From Polyangiales bacterium (GTDB lineage: Bacteria; Myxococcota_A; Polyangia; Polyangiales; Polyangiaceae), in assembly GCA_038231275.1 (NCBI GenBank), contig JBBRLQ010000005.1, forward strand, positions 288,001 to 352,000: a DNA stretch of 64,000 nucleotides, read 5' to 3'. How positions within the stretch are numbered: the stretch's first letter is position 1; every line of letters begins with the position of its first letter. The position numbers and the translations under genes are program-made. The notes beneath the pieces are model-generated. The model did no database searches, was not told the DNA's origin, and saw nothing but the letters and a program-made list of their open reading frames with translations. Shown here in pieces: positions 63,054 to 64,000 of the stretch.

Positions 63054-64000
63054 CTAGTTGGACGCGACCGTCTTCGGACGCGCGGGACCGGCGCCGCGCG
63101 GCCCGAAGTAGTTGTCCAGCACGAAATCGGCGACCTGATTGCCCATGGTCACGCCCGAGTCTGCATCCTCTTGCCAGTGGACGCCGAGGTAGATGCGGCT
63201 GCGTGCGTTCTCCGCTTCCGCCTTCGTGAAGCTCGAGAACTTCCGCGGAAGGCGAGGCCGCGGCTTTCCGTCGTGGCCCGTGGTCGTCCCGTTGTATTCG
63301 TCCGAAACGAACGTGAACGACCCGTCGCCCACGAGGCGGCGGAGCACTTGGAAGAGCGCGCCGCCGAAGGTCGCGTGACCCGACGGATACGCGGGGAACG
63401 GCGGCGTGAAGTCCGGGGAGGTCGTGTTGCTCTCCATCGCGCCGAGCGCGGTCCAGTCCTCGTCCGGCGAGCCGGCCTTCGCGCCCGCGCGGATCGCGTT
63501 CGTCGGGCGCCAGAGGTTGTAGAAATACTTGCTGTCCCACGCCGCCATGCCGGCGTCGGCCATCGCCACGTTGACCGCCGCGAGGACGCGGCTCAGCTCG
63601 CTCGGCTTCGTGAGGAGTCCCCGATCCTTTGCGACCTGCATCGTGATCATGTTGTAGAGGCGCGGGGGCGTGCCGATTTGCGGCGCGCCGTCGTACCCAA
63701 AGTAGATGCCGATCCGGGTCTCGTCCTCGGTCCGAAGCGTCGGCGTCGAGACGCCATCGCCGCCGAAGTCCTTCGTGTCTTGAACCTGCGCCCGGAACGC
63801 CGCCGAGTCGAGGGCGAGCGGCGGCGCCGCGCGGAACTGGTTGGTCGCGTTGAGCGCGAACGGCTCGACGTTCATCCAGTACCCCCCGAGGGCCACGGGC
63901 GCCTTGGAGAGGACGTCCGGCGCCCACTGGCCGCGGCCGGTCGGGAGCTTCATGTCCGTGTACTTCGGCTCCGGCACGTCCGAGCCGTCCGTCTGGCGCA
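63054..64000 (-). CDS. Vanadium-dependent haloperoxidase (PAP2 superfamily), 5'-truncated by the window edge
   Basis: KYFYNLWRP, PPFPAYPSGHATFGG and RSRIYLGVHW vanadate-binding motifs; frame stays open to position 64000 (RQTDGSD). Confidence 0.88.
   Translation of the reverse strand, partial: RQTDGSDVPEPKYTDMKLPTGRGQWAPDVLSKAPVALGGYWMNVEPFALNATNQFRAAPPLALDSAAFRAQVQDTKDFGGDGVSTPTLRTEDETRIGIYFGYDGAPQIGTPPRLYNMITMQVAKDRGLLTKPSELSRVLAAVNVAMADAGMAAWDSKYFYNLWRPTNAIRAGAKAGSPDEDWTALGAMESNTTSPDFTPPFPAYPSGHATFGGALFQVLRRLVGDGSFTFVSDEYNGTTTGHDGKPRPRLPRKFSSFTKAEAENARSRIYLGVHWQEDADSGVTMGNQVADFVLDNYFGPRGAGPARPKTVASN

Noticed and set aside
1-64000. Many long overlapping ORFs in the track (e.g. 1191-3476, 32897-35386, 38661-41744, 54641-56662)
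   Set aside because: They are antisense or off-frame shadows of recognisable genes, Arg/Ala/Pro-rich and motif-free, as expected in high-GC DNA.
1-64000. CRISPR arrays, tRNA/rRNA genes, transposases, integrases, phage genes
   Set aside because: No repeat-spacer periodicity, RNA gene signatures or mobility motifs seen. A covariance-model search was not possible, so small RNAs could be missed.

Overview
GC-rich bacterial chromosomal DNA. Many Ser/Thr kinases, Myxococcales-type sigma factors, a PEGA/TPR protein and numerous lipoproteins suggest a myxobacterium, probably Polyangiaceae/Labilithrix-like (inference). From left to right: (1) a molybdenum-cofactor maturation region (partial MocA-like gene, xdhC, divergent sufS-sufU, a second xdhC, moaA) interrupted by a sigma factor/Zn-finger kinase/lipoprotein block; (2) a dcw cluster from mraZ to ftsZ with its promoter and MraZ boxes but without murB or ddl; (3) creatininase-family, AraC, TetR, DUF4345, class III cyclase and uvrA genes; (4) a minus-strand block with DUF1501, a CxxCH lipoprotein, a penicillin-acylase-family lipoprotein, an anti-sigma/ECF pair and a GT4 enzyme; (5) a kinase, an orphan histidine kinase, a Spy/CpxP-like gene and a LeuD-LeuC-type fused aconitase-family gene; (6) a kinase-PEGA-sigma cassette flanked by two GH26 paralogs, one lacking the catalytic acid/base Glu; (7) two lipoproteins, a module resembling M. 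tuberculosis Rv1679-Rv1681 (acyl-CoA dehydrogenase fold, cytoplasmic SBP-fold protein, TusA-fused radical SAM) and a partial vanadium haloperoxidase gene. The best candidates for undescribed systems are the GH26 pseudoenzyme/kinase/sigma/active-GH26 circuit (50424-57209) and the Rv1679-81-like module (59947-62985). I saw no rRNA, tRNA, CRISPR array or transposase. All calls come from motif recognition by eye; no searches were run.
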